Source of the DNA: Orbicella franksi
Lineage: Eukaryota
DNA length: 64,000 nt
Direction of reading: 5' to 3'
Assembly (NCBI GenBank): GCA_964199315.1
Contig: OZ116699.1
Coordinates: 27,094,001-27,158,000, forward strand
The translations under genes and the position numbers were made by a program. The first letter of the stretch is position 1. Each line of letters begins with the position of its first letter. Below are positions 52,656 to 64,000 of this stretch, in pieces. The notes beneath the pieces are model-generated. The model did no database searches and was not told where the DNA came from. It saw only the letters and a list, made by a program, of their open reading frames with translations.

Positions 52656-52878
52656 AAAGGAATCGGCGCACGCCAAGAGAACTCTTTGTCATTCGCCTTA
52701 TAAATGTCTTTTGCTGCTGCATTTTATTGTCATTTTATGTCCAAAATTTAATACGGCCACCCCGTTAATACAGCCACGTTTTTGTGACCTGTTGATGACC
52801 GGATTAACGATGTTCCACTGTGCTTACAACGCAGGCGTCCCAAACTCACGATTCCACGAATAGATCAAATATTACCCC

Positions 52879-55800
52879 CGCAACCCTCACAACCCTCGCA
52901 ACCCTCACAACCCTCGCAACCCCCACAACCCTGAAAACCCTGACAACCCCCACAAACCTGACAACCTCCACAACCCTCACGATCCTCGCAACCCTGACAA
53001 CCCTGACAAACCTGGCAACCCTCGCAACCCTCACAACCCTCACAACCCCGACAACCCCGACAACCCTCACAACCCCCACAACCCCGACAACCCTGACAAC
53101 CCTCGCAACCCTCGCAACCCTGACAACCCTCGCAACCCCCACAACCCCGACAACCCTGACAACCTCCACAACCCTCGCAACCCTCGCAACCCTGACAACC
53201 CTCGCAACCCCCACAACCCCGACAACCCTGACAACCCTGACAACCCCGACAACCCCGACAACCCTGACAACCTCCACAACCCTCACAACCCCAACAACCC
53301 CAACAACCCCAACAACCCTGACAACCCCAACAACCCCGACAACCCCGACAACCCTCACAACCCCGACAACCCACACAACCCTCACAACCCACACAACCCT
53401 CACAACCCTCACAACCCCGACAACCCTCGCAACCCCGACAACCCTGACAACCCTCACAACCCCGACAACCCTGACAACCCTCACAACCCCGACAACCCCG
53501 ACAACCCCGACAACCCTCACAACCCACACAACCCTCACAACCCTCACAACCCACACAACCCTCACAACCCTCGCAACCCCGACAACCCCGACAACCCCGA
53601 CAACCCTCACAACCCCGACAACCCTGACAACCCTCACAACCCACACAACCCTCACAACCCTCACAACCCCGACAACCCACACAACCCTCACAACCCTCGC
53701 AACCCCGACAACCCCGACAACCCCGACAACCCCGACAACCCTCACAACCCCGACAACCCCGACAACCCTCACAACCCACACAACCCTCACAACCCTCACA
53801 ACCCCGACAACCCACACAACCCTCACAACCCTCGCAACCCCGACAACCCTCACAACCCTCGCAACCCCCACAACCCCGACAACCCTGACAACCTCCACAA
53901 CCCTCGCAACCCTCGCAACCCTGACAACCCTCGCAACCCCCACAACCCCGACAACCCTGACAACCCTGACAACCCCGACAACCCCGACAACCCTGACAAC
54001 CTCCACAACCCTCACAACCCCAACAACCCCAACAACCCCAACAACCCTGACAACCCCGACAACCCTCACAACCCCGACAACCCACACAACCCTCACAACC
54101 CACACAACCCTCACAACCCTCACAACCCCGACAACCCTCGCAACCCCGACAACCCTGACAACCCTCACAACCCCGACAACCCTGACAACCCTCACAACCC
54201 CGACAACCCCGACAACCCCGACAACCCTCACAACCCACACAACCCTCACAACCCTCACAACCCACACAACCCTCACAACCCTCGCAACCCCGACAACCCC
54301 GACAACCCCGACAACCCCGACAACCCTGACAACCCTGACAACCCTGACAACCCTCACAACCCCGACAACCCTCACAACCCACACAACCCTCACAACCCCG
54401 ACAACCCACACAACCCTCACAACCCCGACAACCCTCACAACCCACACAACCCTCACAACCCCGACAACCCTCACAACCCTCACAACCCTCACAACCCCGA
54501 CAACCCTCACAACCCCGACAACCCTCACAACCCACACAACCCTCACAACCCTCACAACCCACACAACCCTCGCAACCCCGACAACCCCGACAACCCCGAC
54601 AACCCCGACAACCCCGACAACCCTGACAACCCTGACAACCCTGACAACCCTCACAACCCCGACAACCCTCACAACCCACACAACCCTCACAACCCCGACA
54701 ACCCTGACAACCCTCACAACCCCGACAACCCTCACAACCCAGACAACCCTCACAACCCCGACAACCCACACAACCCTCACAACCCCGACAACCCTCACAA
54801 CCCACACAACCCTCACAACCCCGACAACCCTCACAACCCTCACAACCCTCACAACCCCGACAACCCTCACAACCCTCACAACCCTCACAACCCCGACAAC
54901 CCTCACAACCCACACAACCCTCACAACCCCGACAACCCACACAACCCTCACAACCCCGACAACCCCGACAACCCTGACAACCCTCACAACCCTCACAACC
55001 CTCACAACCCCGACAACCCTCACAACCCTCACAACCCTCACAACCCTCACAACCCCGACAACCCTCACAACCCTCACAACCCTCACAACCCCGACAACCC
55101 ACACAACCCTCACAACCCCGACAACCCTCACAACCCACACAACCCTCACAACCCCGACAACCCACACAACCCTCACAACCCCGACAACCCTCACAACCCA
55201 CACAACCCTCACAACCCCGACAACCCTCACAACCCTCACAACCCTCACAACCCCGACAACCCTCACAACCCTCACAACCCTCACAACCCCGACAACCCTC
55301 ACAACCCTCACAACCCTCACAACCCCGACAACCCTCACAACCCACACAACCCTCACAACCCCGACAACCCTCACAACCCACACAACCCTCACAACCCCGA
55401 CAACCCTCACAACCCACACAACCCTCACAACCCCGACAACCCTCACAACCCTCACAACCCTCACAACCCCGACAACCCTCACAACCCACACAACCCTCAC
55501 AACCCCGACAACCCACACAACCCTCACAACCCTCACAACCCCGACAACCCTCACAACCCTCACAACCCTCACAACCCCGACAACCCCGACAACCCTGACA
55601 ACCCTGATAACCCTCACAACCCTCACAACCCCGACAACCCTCACAACCCACACAACCCTCACAACCCCGACAACCCACACAACCCTCACAACCCTCACAA
55701 CCCCGACAACCCTCACAACCCTCACAACCCTCACAACCCCGACAACCCCGACAACCCCGACAACCCTGACAACCCTCACAACCCTCACAACCCTCACAAC

Positions 55801-58548
55801 CCCGACAACCCTCACAACCCACACAACCCTCACAACCCCGACAACCCTCACAACCCACACAACCCTCACAACCCCGACAACCCTCACAACCCTCACAACC
55901 CTCACAACCCCGACAACCCTCACAACCCTCACAACCCACACAACCCTCACAACCCCGACAACCCTCACAACCGTCACAACCCTCACAACCCCGACAACCC
56001 TCACAACCCTCACAACCCACACAACCCTCACAACCCCGACAACCCTCACAACCCTCACAACCCTCACAACCCCGACAACCCTCACAACCCTCACAACCCA
56101 CACAACCCTCACAACCCCGACAACCCCGACAACCCCGACAACCCTGACAACCCTGACAACCCTCACAACCCTCACAACCCCGACAACCCTCACAACCCAC
56201 ACAACCCTCACAACCCCGACAACCCACACAACCCTCACAACCCCGACAACCCTCACAACCCTCACAACCCTCACAACCCCGACAACCCTCACAACCCACA
56301 CAACCCTCACAACCCCGACAACCCTCACAACCCACACAACCCTCACAACCCCGACAACCCTCACAACCCACACAACCCTCACAACCCCGACAACCCTCAC
56401 AACCCTCACAACCCTGACAACCCCGACAACCCTCACAACCCTCACAACCCTCACAACCCTCACAACCCCGACAACCCTCACAACCCTCACAACCCTCACA
56501 ACCCCGACAACCCTCACAACCCACACAACCCTCACAACCCCGACAACCCTCACAACCCACACAACCCTCACAACCCCGACAACCCTCACAACCCTCACAA
56601 CCCTCACAACCCCGACAACCCTCACAACCCACACAACCCTCACAACCCCGACAAACCTCACAACCCTCACAACCCCGACAACCCTCACAACCCACACAAC
56701 CCTCACAACCCCGACAACCCTCACAACCCTCACAACCCTCACAACCCTCACAACCGTCACAACCCTCACAACCCCGACAACCCTCACAACCCACACAACC
56801 CTCACAACCCCGACAACCCTCACAACCCACACAACCCTCACAACCCCGACAACCCTCACAACCCTCACAACCCTCACAACCCTCACAACCCCGACAACCC
56901 TCACAACCCACACAACCCTCACAACCCCGACAACCCTCACAACCCCCACAACCCTCACAACCCCGACAACCCTCACAACCCTCACAACCCTCACAACCCT
57001 CACAACCCCGACAACCCTCACAACCCACACAACCCTCACAACCCCGACAACCCTCACAACCCTCACAACCCTCACAACCCCGACAACCCTCACAACCCTC
57101 ACAACCCCGACAACCCTCACAACCCACACAACCCTCACAACCCCGACAACCCACACAACCCTCACAACCCCGACAACCCTCACAACCCTCACAACCCTCA
57201 CAACCCTCACAACCCCGACAACCCACACAACCCTCACAACCCCGACAACCCTCACAACCCACACAACCCTCACAACCCCGACAACCCTCACAACCCACAC
57301 AACCCTCACAACCCCGACAACCCTCACAACCCTCACAACCCTCACAACCCTCACAACCCCGACAACCCTCACAACCCACACAACCCTCACAACCCCGACA
57401 ACCCTCACAACCCTCACAACCCTCACAACCCCGACAACCCTCACAACCCTCACAACCCTCACAACCCTCACAACCCCGACAACCCTCACAACCCACACAA
57501 CCCTCACAACCCCGACAACCCTCACAACGCACACAACCCTCACAACCCCGACAACCCTCACAACCCTCACAACCCTCACAACCCCGACAACCCTCACAAC
57601 CCACACAACCCTCACAACCCCGACAACCCTCACAACCCTCACAACCCCGACAACCCTCACAACCCACACAACCCTCACAACCCCGACAACCCTCACAACC
57701 CTCACAACCCCGACAACCCTCACAACCCACACAACCCTCACAACCCCGACAACCCACACAACCCTCACAACCCCGACAACCCTCACAACCCTCGCAACCC
57801 CGACAACCCACACAACCCTCACACCCCCGACAACCCTCACAACCCTCACAACCCTCGCAACCCCGACAACCCTCACAACCCTCACAACCCCGACAACCCT
57901 CACAACCCTCACAACCCTCACAACCCCGACAACCCTCACAACCCACACAACCCTCACAACCCCGACAACCCTCACAACCCACACAACCCTCACAACCCCG
58001 ACAACCCTCACAACCCTCACAACCCTCACAACCCCGACAACCCTCACAACCCCGACAACCCCAACAACCCCAAGAACCCCGACAACCCTGACAACCCCAA
58101 CAACCCCGACAACCCTGACAACCCCGACAACCCTGACAACCCCAACAACCCCGACAACCCTGACAACCCCAACAACCCCGACAACCCTGACAACCCAAAC
58201 AACCCCGACAACCCTGACAACCCCAACAACCCCGACAACCCTGACAACCCCAACAACCCCGACAACCCTGACAACCCTGACAACCCTGACAACCCCGACA
58301 ACCCTCACAACCCCGACAACCCTCGCAACCCCGACAACCCCGACAACCCTCACAACCCCGACAACCCCAACAACCCCGACAACCCTGACAACCCCAACAA
58401 CCCCGACAACCCCAACAACCCCGACAACCCTGACAACCTCCACAACCCTCACAACCCCAGGAACCCTGACAACCCTGACAACCCTGACAACCCTGACAAC
58501 CCCCACAACCCTCACAACCCCGACAACACTCACAACCCTCACAACCCA
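52879..58548. repeat. 9-bp minisatellite, about 630 units, consensus ACAACCC(T/C/A)(C/G)
   Basis: Directly visible; variant units CTC, CCG, CAC, CTG, CCA; the three ~1900-aa ORFs in the track are translations of this array. Confidence 0.98.
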
Positions 58549-58905
58549 TAAATTAGGTTTTAATAATCACCAATTACAACAGATTTTGTTTCTGCAGCCA
58601 CAATAAGTAGAAGATGTTGCAGTTTTCACGTCAGCCAATCAGATAGCTCGTTCCGAGAGGTGCGTACTGCCTCAAGAAAACAAGGAAGCCTCATTTTTCC
58701 GTGTAAAGAATCAGTTACTTTGTCCGATACTGAAATCGCTGGTTTTGACTGTCAAGTCAAAATAAGTATGATGGTAACCATTCAGTGAGTTAGGCCAGGA
58801 ATGTGATATGGGATAGATGACTGATATATAAACAACCTCGCCAAGAATTTAGTCTCTTCAATTTTTTATACTTGAGTTATTCGGAGAAACATTGATCCTA
58901 ATTTA

Positions 58906-59187
58906 GGCACCGTCCACATGTATCCGGATGTTTTTAAATCCGCAACTTTTTCTTTCCGGATTCAAAAATTTCCCCTTCCACACGTAGCGTATTCAAATCG
59001 AATTCGCCTGTCCACACGCATGCGATGGTATCCGAATTCACTCTAGAGAAACTAGGCCTACACGTTGTGCCGGCATATTGGTTAATTATTCGGTAAGAGA
59101 CTGGACAAGATTTTACTACGTTATCGGATTCAAAAAATATCCGGATTCAAAGTCCACACGTTATCGGATTCGTTGCGATTTATTTTT
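58906..59187. mobile_element. Truncated MITE with CCGGAT/TCCACACG subrepeats
   Basis: Starts GGCACCGTCCACATGTATCCGGAT; repeated CCACACG and CGGATTC motifs; matching right TIR not found. Confidence 0.5.
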
Positions 59188-61674
59188 CAGGAGTGCTCAC
59201 CGGAGCCGATATACAAAATATCCGCTCCGCAGGGCTTAGTGCGCTGGCTGGGATTCTTAAGCTTTGGCATGGAACTTGCTGGGAAGCCCGCTTCAAAACA
59301 ATTGCTTGCTTACTGGTTTATACTCGGAAGCTTATCCTAGCTGGAAAATGCGCATTTCTGGCGTGAATCTAGCTGGTAAATTTTAATGTGAGGTTTTCCC
59401 TGGTAGACTAGCTCCATTAACAGCCGCCACTCTGGAAAATTAGCCCCGGGAAATTAGCATGCACTCATCAACCGAAGGCATTTCGCGCGAAGAATGGACT
59501 CAGGGTGCCGCCTAGTGATATGATCACTTAGGATTCGTCTATCCAGGCATGCGCTGCGCCATATTACACAGCAGTTATATGACCCCTGTGTGACAACTGA
59601 GCTGTCGATTTTGAAAGCGTAAACGTTGCTATTGCAGGCACGGTCACGTCCCAGCCAAAGCTTTTGGCTACAGCGCTCTACAGAGTCGGGAACGGTTTCT
59701 TAATAAGAGAGTTGATTTTAGTTCAACAAGGTAAGTTTCCTGTGCTTTCTCTTGTCTGTTAGCTGTGTAGTTTCAGACCTACTCTACTATTCTGTATTTG
59801 CCGTTATTGTTCTGACCAAGTTGGATAACAATTAATTTTATGTGCATTATCCCCGGGCATTATCTTCTTGGTGTGCTTTCCGTTTAGACAACCAGATCTT
59901 CTTTGTTGTTTAACACATGTCGAAAATTCTTGATTTACTTATTCAGATGTTTACAATTTTGTTTCAGCAATCGTCAGAATCGTTTCGTGTAACGCAGCTA
60001 AAGACCATTTACTGAGGTATGTCAGTCTTGTGAGCTGTTGTATGTCTTTCGTGCAATAGTACCGGGAATAGTATCGTCTTTGACAAATGCTTACGCGCGC
60101 CGTCTACTTTAGATGTAACATGTTTACTTGTATAGCTAGTAAGCTTATATACACTTAGTATTTAAATTTAAATCAAATTCTAGGCACAAGTATTCTCATC
60201 ATATCGCGAACATTTCATCTGAGTGTGTGCTTACCATACATCGACAGACAGACAGACCAGGACATTTAAGCAAAAGTCGCGGATTGTAGTTGTTTTGTTT
60301 TTCGCTATATCGTTTTTGGGCTATTGATACTGTTATATTTATGATACTGCTATATTTATGGAAAATGGAACAGTTCGTTCTGCTCGGAATTTTTAGAATA
60401 ATGGTAATGTGGCAGAAACTTTAAGAGAACGAAATCTTATTATCTGAACTTATGAGCTGTTGTTTCCTTTGATTTTACACTTCTTCCGAAAAGATATTCC
60501 ACCGTTCCCTCGGGTGTCCCTGATGTTTTGCTACGAAATTTACGTCTTGAAGTCTCAAGGGTGGAATTCTGTGAGCGACTTTCGTGCTTCATTTCTATGA
60601 TTTCCAATCAGGTTATTCTTAGTTTAATAGCGCGCGCGAATATACGTATGTATATTTTATTTGTATGAGTTCGGCTTGAACGCGTCCCAAGCAAGGAGAC
60701 AAACAAGGTTTTATACGTAGCTTAACATTCCGTTGTTTCTACATTCACAAAGCTTGTTTTAAGAAAAAGGTAACTTGGATTTCCAGGGTTACAAACGATG
60801 CAATTTTTTGGCGTTTGTATTTTCGTGCAATTTTGACGCAAATACCGAAAGAACTGTATCGCGATGCAAAGCAGCGAAATTTTTTCGCGTGTGCCATAGT
60901 TTCTTCAGCGGCGCGTGACGCCAGAATAACAGTTCATTTTTTTAGGCTTGCCATAAGTCGACTCTTTCTTGAAGCGGAACAAGTGCAACTGCGAGAAGTC
61001 TTCTCGTTCCGCCAACACGCACGAGTTGAAATTTAATTTATTTAACATTGGCGCGAAAATATGGTTGCCCGTATCAAGCTTTGCCTATTGTTTATGTTTA
61101 ATTTTTTTAAGACAATGAGCCTTTTGTTGTCTGTTCCTTAGGGATTTTTCGTCCGGTTTCACGAAATTATACTCGGGTCATATCGGATTTAGTCGGCAAA
61201 TTGTCACTGATGACATATTTTCCCTAAGGGTAACCTACTTGGGAAAACAAAGACAAACCATTCGGGGGTGGGTCAGTAAATTTCAAGAGCACGTCAACAG
61301 CTTTGACTAAACTTTTGTAATACCGCGCGCGCATGTTTCGGCCTTACTAGCTCAGCCTAACTGAACTTTACTTTTATTTAAGTCGTTAATTAAAATAATT
61401 GATACTTAGAATATAGCTTGTATTATCCGTGTTTTAGCAAGCAAGCGGCGGTCAGTAGCTGGAAGCGATGAGAACGGTTTCTCTTTAAATTTACTTCGTG
61501 CATGGCTTAATAGTTATTTAACCAATTGCGCATGGATCTACGAAAACCATAAACGAAAACAGAACTGTTGTCGATCGGCAAGAAGAAAAGTTTACCTTTT
61601 GCACCTTTCCACGTTTAAATGATTTCGCTGTTCGCTCATTGATTGCTCGACTGCTAAAAAAAACTCAGAAAAGA

Positions 61675-62080
61675 AAAAAACAATACAGTGAAGACACACC
61701 GCTTGATTTTTGTTTTCTGGTCTATTGAAGCAAGTAAACATCGTTGTTGAAGGCAAAACAAAACGTGCGATTTCGCACCTTTTTCCGTTTCAGTGATTTT
61801 TTTCTCCGGTTGGCCAAAAATTCTGAAACAAAAATCTTTATCATCACCGCTCGATTTTTCTTTTTTGGTCTCAGAAAACTCAGAAACTCAAAACTCAGAA
61901 GAGAAAAGAAAAAAAATACAGTGAAGACACACGCTCGATTTTTGTTTTTTGGCCTATTGAAGCAAGTAAATATCGTTGTTGAAGACAAGACAAAAGGTGC
62001 GATTTTCGCACCTTTTTCCGTTTCAGTAATTTTATTCTCCGGTTAGCCAAAAATTCTCAAACAAAAATCTTTATTGTCGC
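61675..62080. repeat. Two imperfect ~170-bp direct repeats, period ~237 bp
   Basis: AATACAGTGAAGACACAC..CTATTGAAGCAAGTAAA..ACAAAAATCTTTAT occurs at ~61682 and ~61916. Confidence 0.85.
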
Positions 62081-62389
62081 ATTAGGTGAGCGAAAAAAAA
62101 ATAGTGTGACTTGTTTGGAATTGCTTGGGCAAACCGTTGTTTTTTTATTCCTTATTCCTTTTTTCGTGACGACTCCCTACCTCGCGCGCGCTCATGTTTG
62201 TCGCCGATTTGTTTCTGCCCACGCGACGCCGCTCAAATATAAACGAAGGCGGGCCATTCACTAATTTGGGGTATTGTTCTGCAGTTGAAAAGCTCATAAA
62301 TTTTATCAATGATACTTGCATAAATAGCCTCGTAAACGCAAGCCATAATCACTTTAGACAATCCCTGATTGAGAGAAGAGCTAAGGAAA

Positions 62390-63073
62390 ATGAGTAAGTT
62401 TTATGAAGTGTCGAAAGTGCTCGATAAGCGCACGGACGCTCACGGTCGAGTTCAGTATCTTGTTCGCTGGCGTGGCTATGGAAAGAAGAACGATAGCTGG
62501 GTGGATGAAGCCGATACAAACGAGCGCCTAAAGCAAGTCTTTAGGACACGCCACCAAGGAACTCCAGGCTTGCTGCAGACCTTGGCTGTGTTAGTTGCAG
62601 AGAAGCTGAACATGAAGAAACCACCAACAACCAGCATCGTGAGACGTGCGTCCGTTACCATGCCGATGGATGCCGAGACCTTTAAAGAGTTGTTCGGTGG
62701 ACTTCCTTCCGCGCCAAATCTCTTGCGAGCGACGAAGTTTTCTGTGCCCATTCACGAGCTTGACGCCATAATGCCTGCCGGATGGTCACTAAACACTTTT
62801 AAAACCTCTACGACTTGTCGGTTGCAGCCCGGCAAGCCTGTCGAGATTGCTCTCTTAGAGCGTAAAAAAGTGTTTTTTGATCATTCGGGGTGTTTGCGCT
62901 GTCAAGGCGGGAATGGAGCCCCCGTCGCTTGCAAAGACGTGGTACGGAAAGTAGTGTTCGGTTCAACTCTTTTAAAGGTCTCATTCTACCGTGAGCGGAA
63001 CAAGCAAGCCGAGCGGAAGCCCAAGGAGCGCACGAGACTAACCTGGGCGAAGCCAAGATCAGTCGCCAAGTGA
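62390..63073 (+). CDS. Intronless chromodomain protein, 227 aa from the ATG at 62390
   Basis: FYEVSKVLDKR..QYLVRWRGYGKKNDSWV is a chromodomain with the three aromatic cage positions (Y, W, Y); C-terminal part not recognised. Confidence 0.85.
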   Translation: MSKFYEVSKVLDKRTDAHGRVQYLVRWRGYGKKNDSWVDEADTNERLKQVFRTRHQGTPGLLQTLAVLVAEKLNMKKPPTTSIVRRASVTMPMDAETFKELFGGLPSAPNLLRATKFSVPIHELDAIMPAGWSLNTFKTSTTCRLQPGKPVEIALLERKKVFFDHSGCLRCQGGNGAPVACKDVVRKVVFGSTLLKVSFYRERNKQAERKPKERTRLTWAKPRSVAK

Positions 63074-63401
63074 ACAACAGTGACCTACCGCTGGGTAGTC
63101 ACTTAAACAAACGGCTCCTTTAGGAGCCACCAAATATAAGAAAGCATTGACCAACTCGAGTGTGTGATACTTTTCTATTTCTCTTTTCTGGTCCTTTTTT
63201 GTATTCATTAAATTATTTGCCTTAAAAAAAAGCTCAGCATTCAATCCACCTCGATTTGTCTTCACGTGGTATCGCCTGCATAAAAAGTTTTATTTCAGAC
63301 GCGCTCACTAAGAATCTTTGGTTATAGCGTGAAAGGAATAAACAGCGACAGGTGAATGTAACACTGAGTAATTACCAATAAATTTTCGAAATGATACGTA
63401 C

Positions 63402-63821
63402 CTCGATTGGTTTAAATTCTGCTGGTAAAATCTCTACAGCATTTCGGAGGAAGGCTCCGATTTTTTTTCTCTTCAAAGACCGCGCAGCCCTGTCCACGTC
63501 CCAATAGCTTTTGCGGCTGACGTTAAATTTTACTGTGTTCTTTACAGGGTCAACTGCAAGGCGACTTTGGTCAACTTCCTGTCTTAGAAGCTGAAGTTCC
63601 TGGCGAAGCTGGAAATTCTCCGCTCTTCTCCCTGCCAATTCCACCGCCTGGCCATTATTTTCGGCTCGTAGCTGCTGAACCTCAGCCTGCAGTTGGCGAA
63701 TATGCTGGTCGTACGCCTCAAGGAGTGGCAAAGAGATAGCAGACTGCTCTACCTCAAAATGCCTCGGTCCGCGTTTGTAGAGGACGTTTGGCGCCTTCTC
63801 TATCTTAAACTTGGAAAACAT
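63402..63821 (-). CDS. Coding exon of an unknown protein with a coiled coil and a basic segment
   Basis: Heptad pattern IRQLQAEVQQLRAEN..LRQELQLLRQEV, then RAARSLKRKK; donor GAG|GTACGT at 63402; downstream exons not identified. Confidence 0.55.
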
Positions 63822-64000
63822 TGCCTAGAAAACTTTTTTTTCGACGATCTAAACACGAGCGAAATGGTTGTTGTCAAGTGACAATAGCGAAATGATTGTT
63901 GTCAAGCACGCGTCTCTATAACCATTTACCTCATTAGAATAACTAGAACTCAATGACCATTCATGACAACAAGAAAACAATGGTGTCAACTAAGCGCGAA

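Noticed and set aside
52879-58548. CRISPR-like or true telomeric array
   Set aside because: No unique spacers; the unit is not TTAGGG and the array is internal
52820-58606. Three ~1900-aa ORFs (Thr-rich, Val/Arg-rich, Cys/Gly/Glu-rich)
   Set aside because: All are translations of one 9-bp array that cannot easily generate stops; the metallothionein-like GCE and Val-rich products are treated as artefacts, and the Thr frame has no ATG
32670-58900. Terminal inverted repeats for the KDZ cluster
   Set aside because: Searched by eye for the reverse complement of the sequence after 32672 near 39.1 kb, 52.7 kb and 58.6-58.9 kb and found none; boundaries left undefined

Overview
Eukaryotic, AT-rich, repeat-dense DNA with spliceosomal GT-AG introns. 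The repeat families look like those I associate with anthozoan (stony coral) genomes, but that is an inference I cannot verify here. Main contents, left to right: (1) 1-9.9 kb: a patchwork of MITEs, SINE relics and a Penelope-like retroelement relic with inverted terminal repeats. (2) A two-coding-exon tyrosinase gene on the minus strand (14284-14259 + 11927-9995, 652 aa) that is of fungal/bacterial MelB type rather than animal type, so a candidate horizontal acquisition. (3) A decayed Ty3/Gypsy LTR retrotransposon (15955-20477, 116-bp LTRs, 5-bp TSD). (4) A Polinton/Maverick relic (AGTAGT terminus, long TIRs, 6-bp TSD) whose right end plus flank is amplified as a 2727/2728-bp tandem array. 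(5) A gene cluster at about 33-53 kb: an 8-exon KDZ/Zisupton (HMGXB3-like) transposase broken only by one extra C, converging on a many-exon SF3-helicase-like ATPase gene that ends in a PHD finger, which is head-to-head with an intronless F-box/LRR gene. (6) A 5.7-kb 9-bp minisatellite. (7) A chromodomain ORF and a coiled-coil exon near the right end. The best candidate for an undescribed system is the transposase + helicase-PHD + F-box (+/- chromodomain) cluster as one giant cargo-carrying mobile element. Its termini could not be found, so this remains an inference. All gene models were assembled by eye from splice signals and reading-frame phase; no database search was run.
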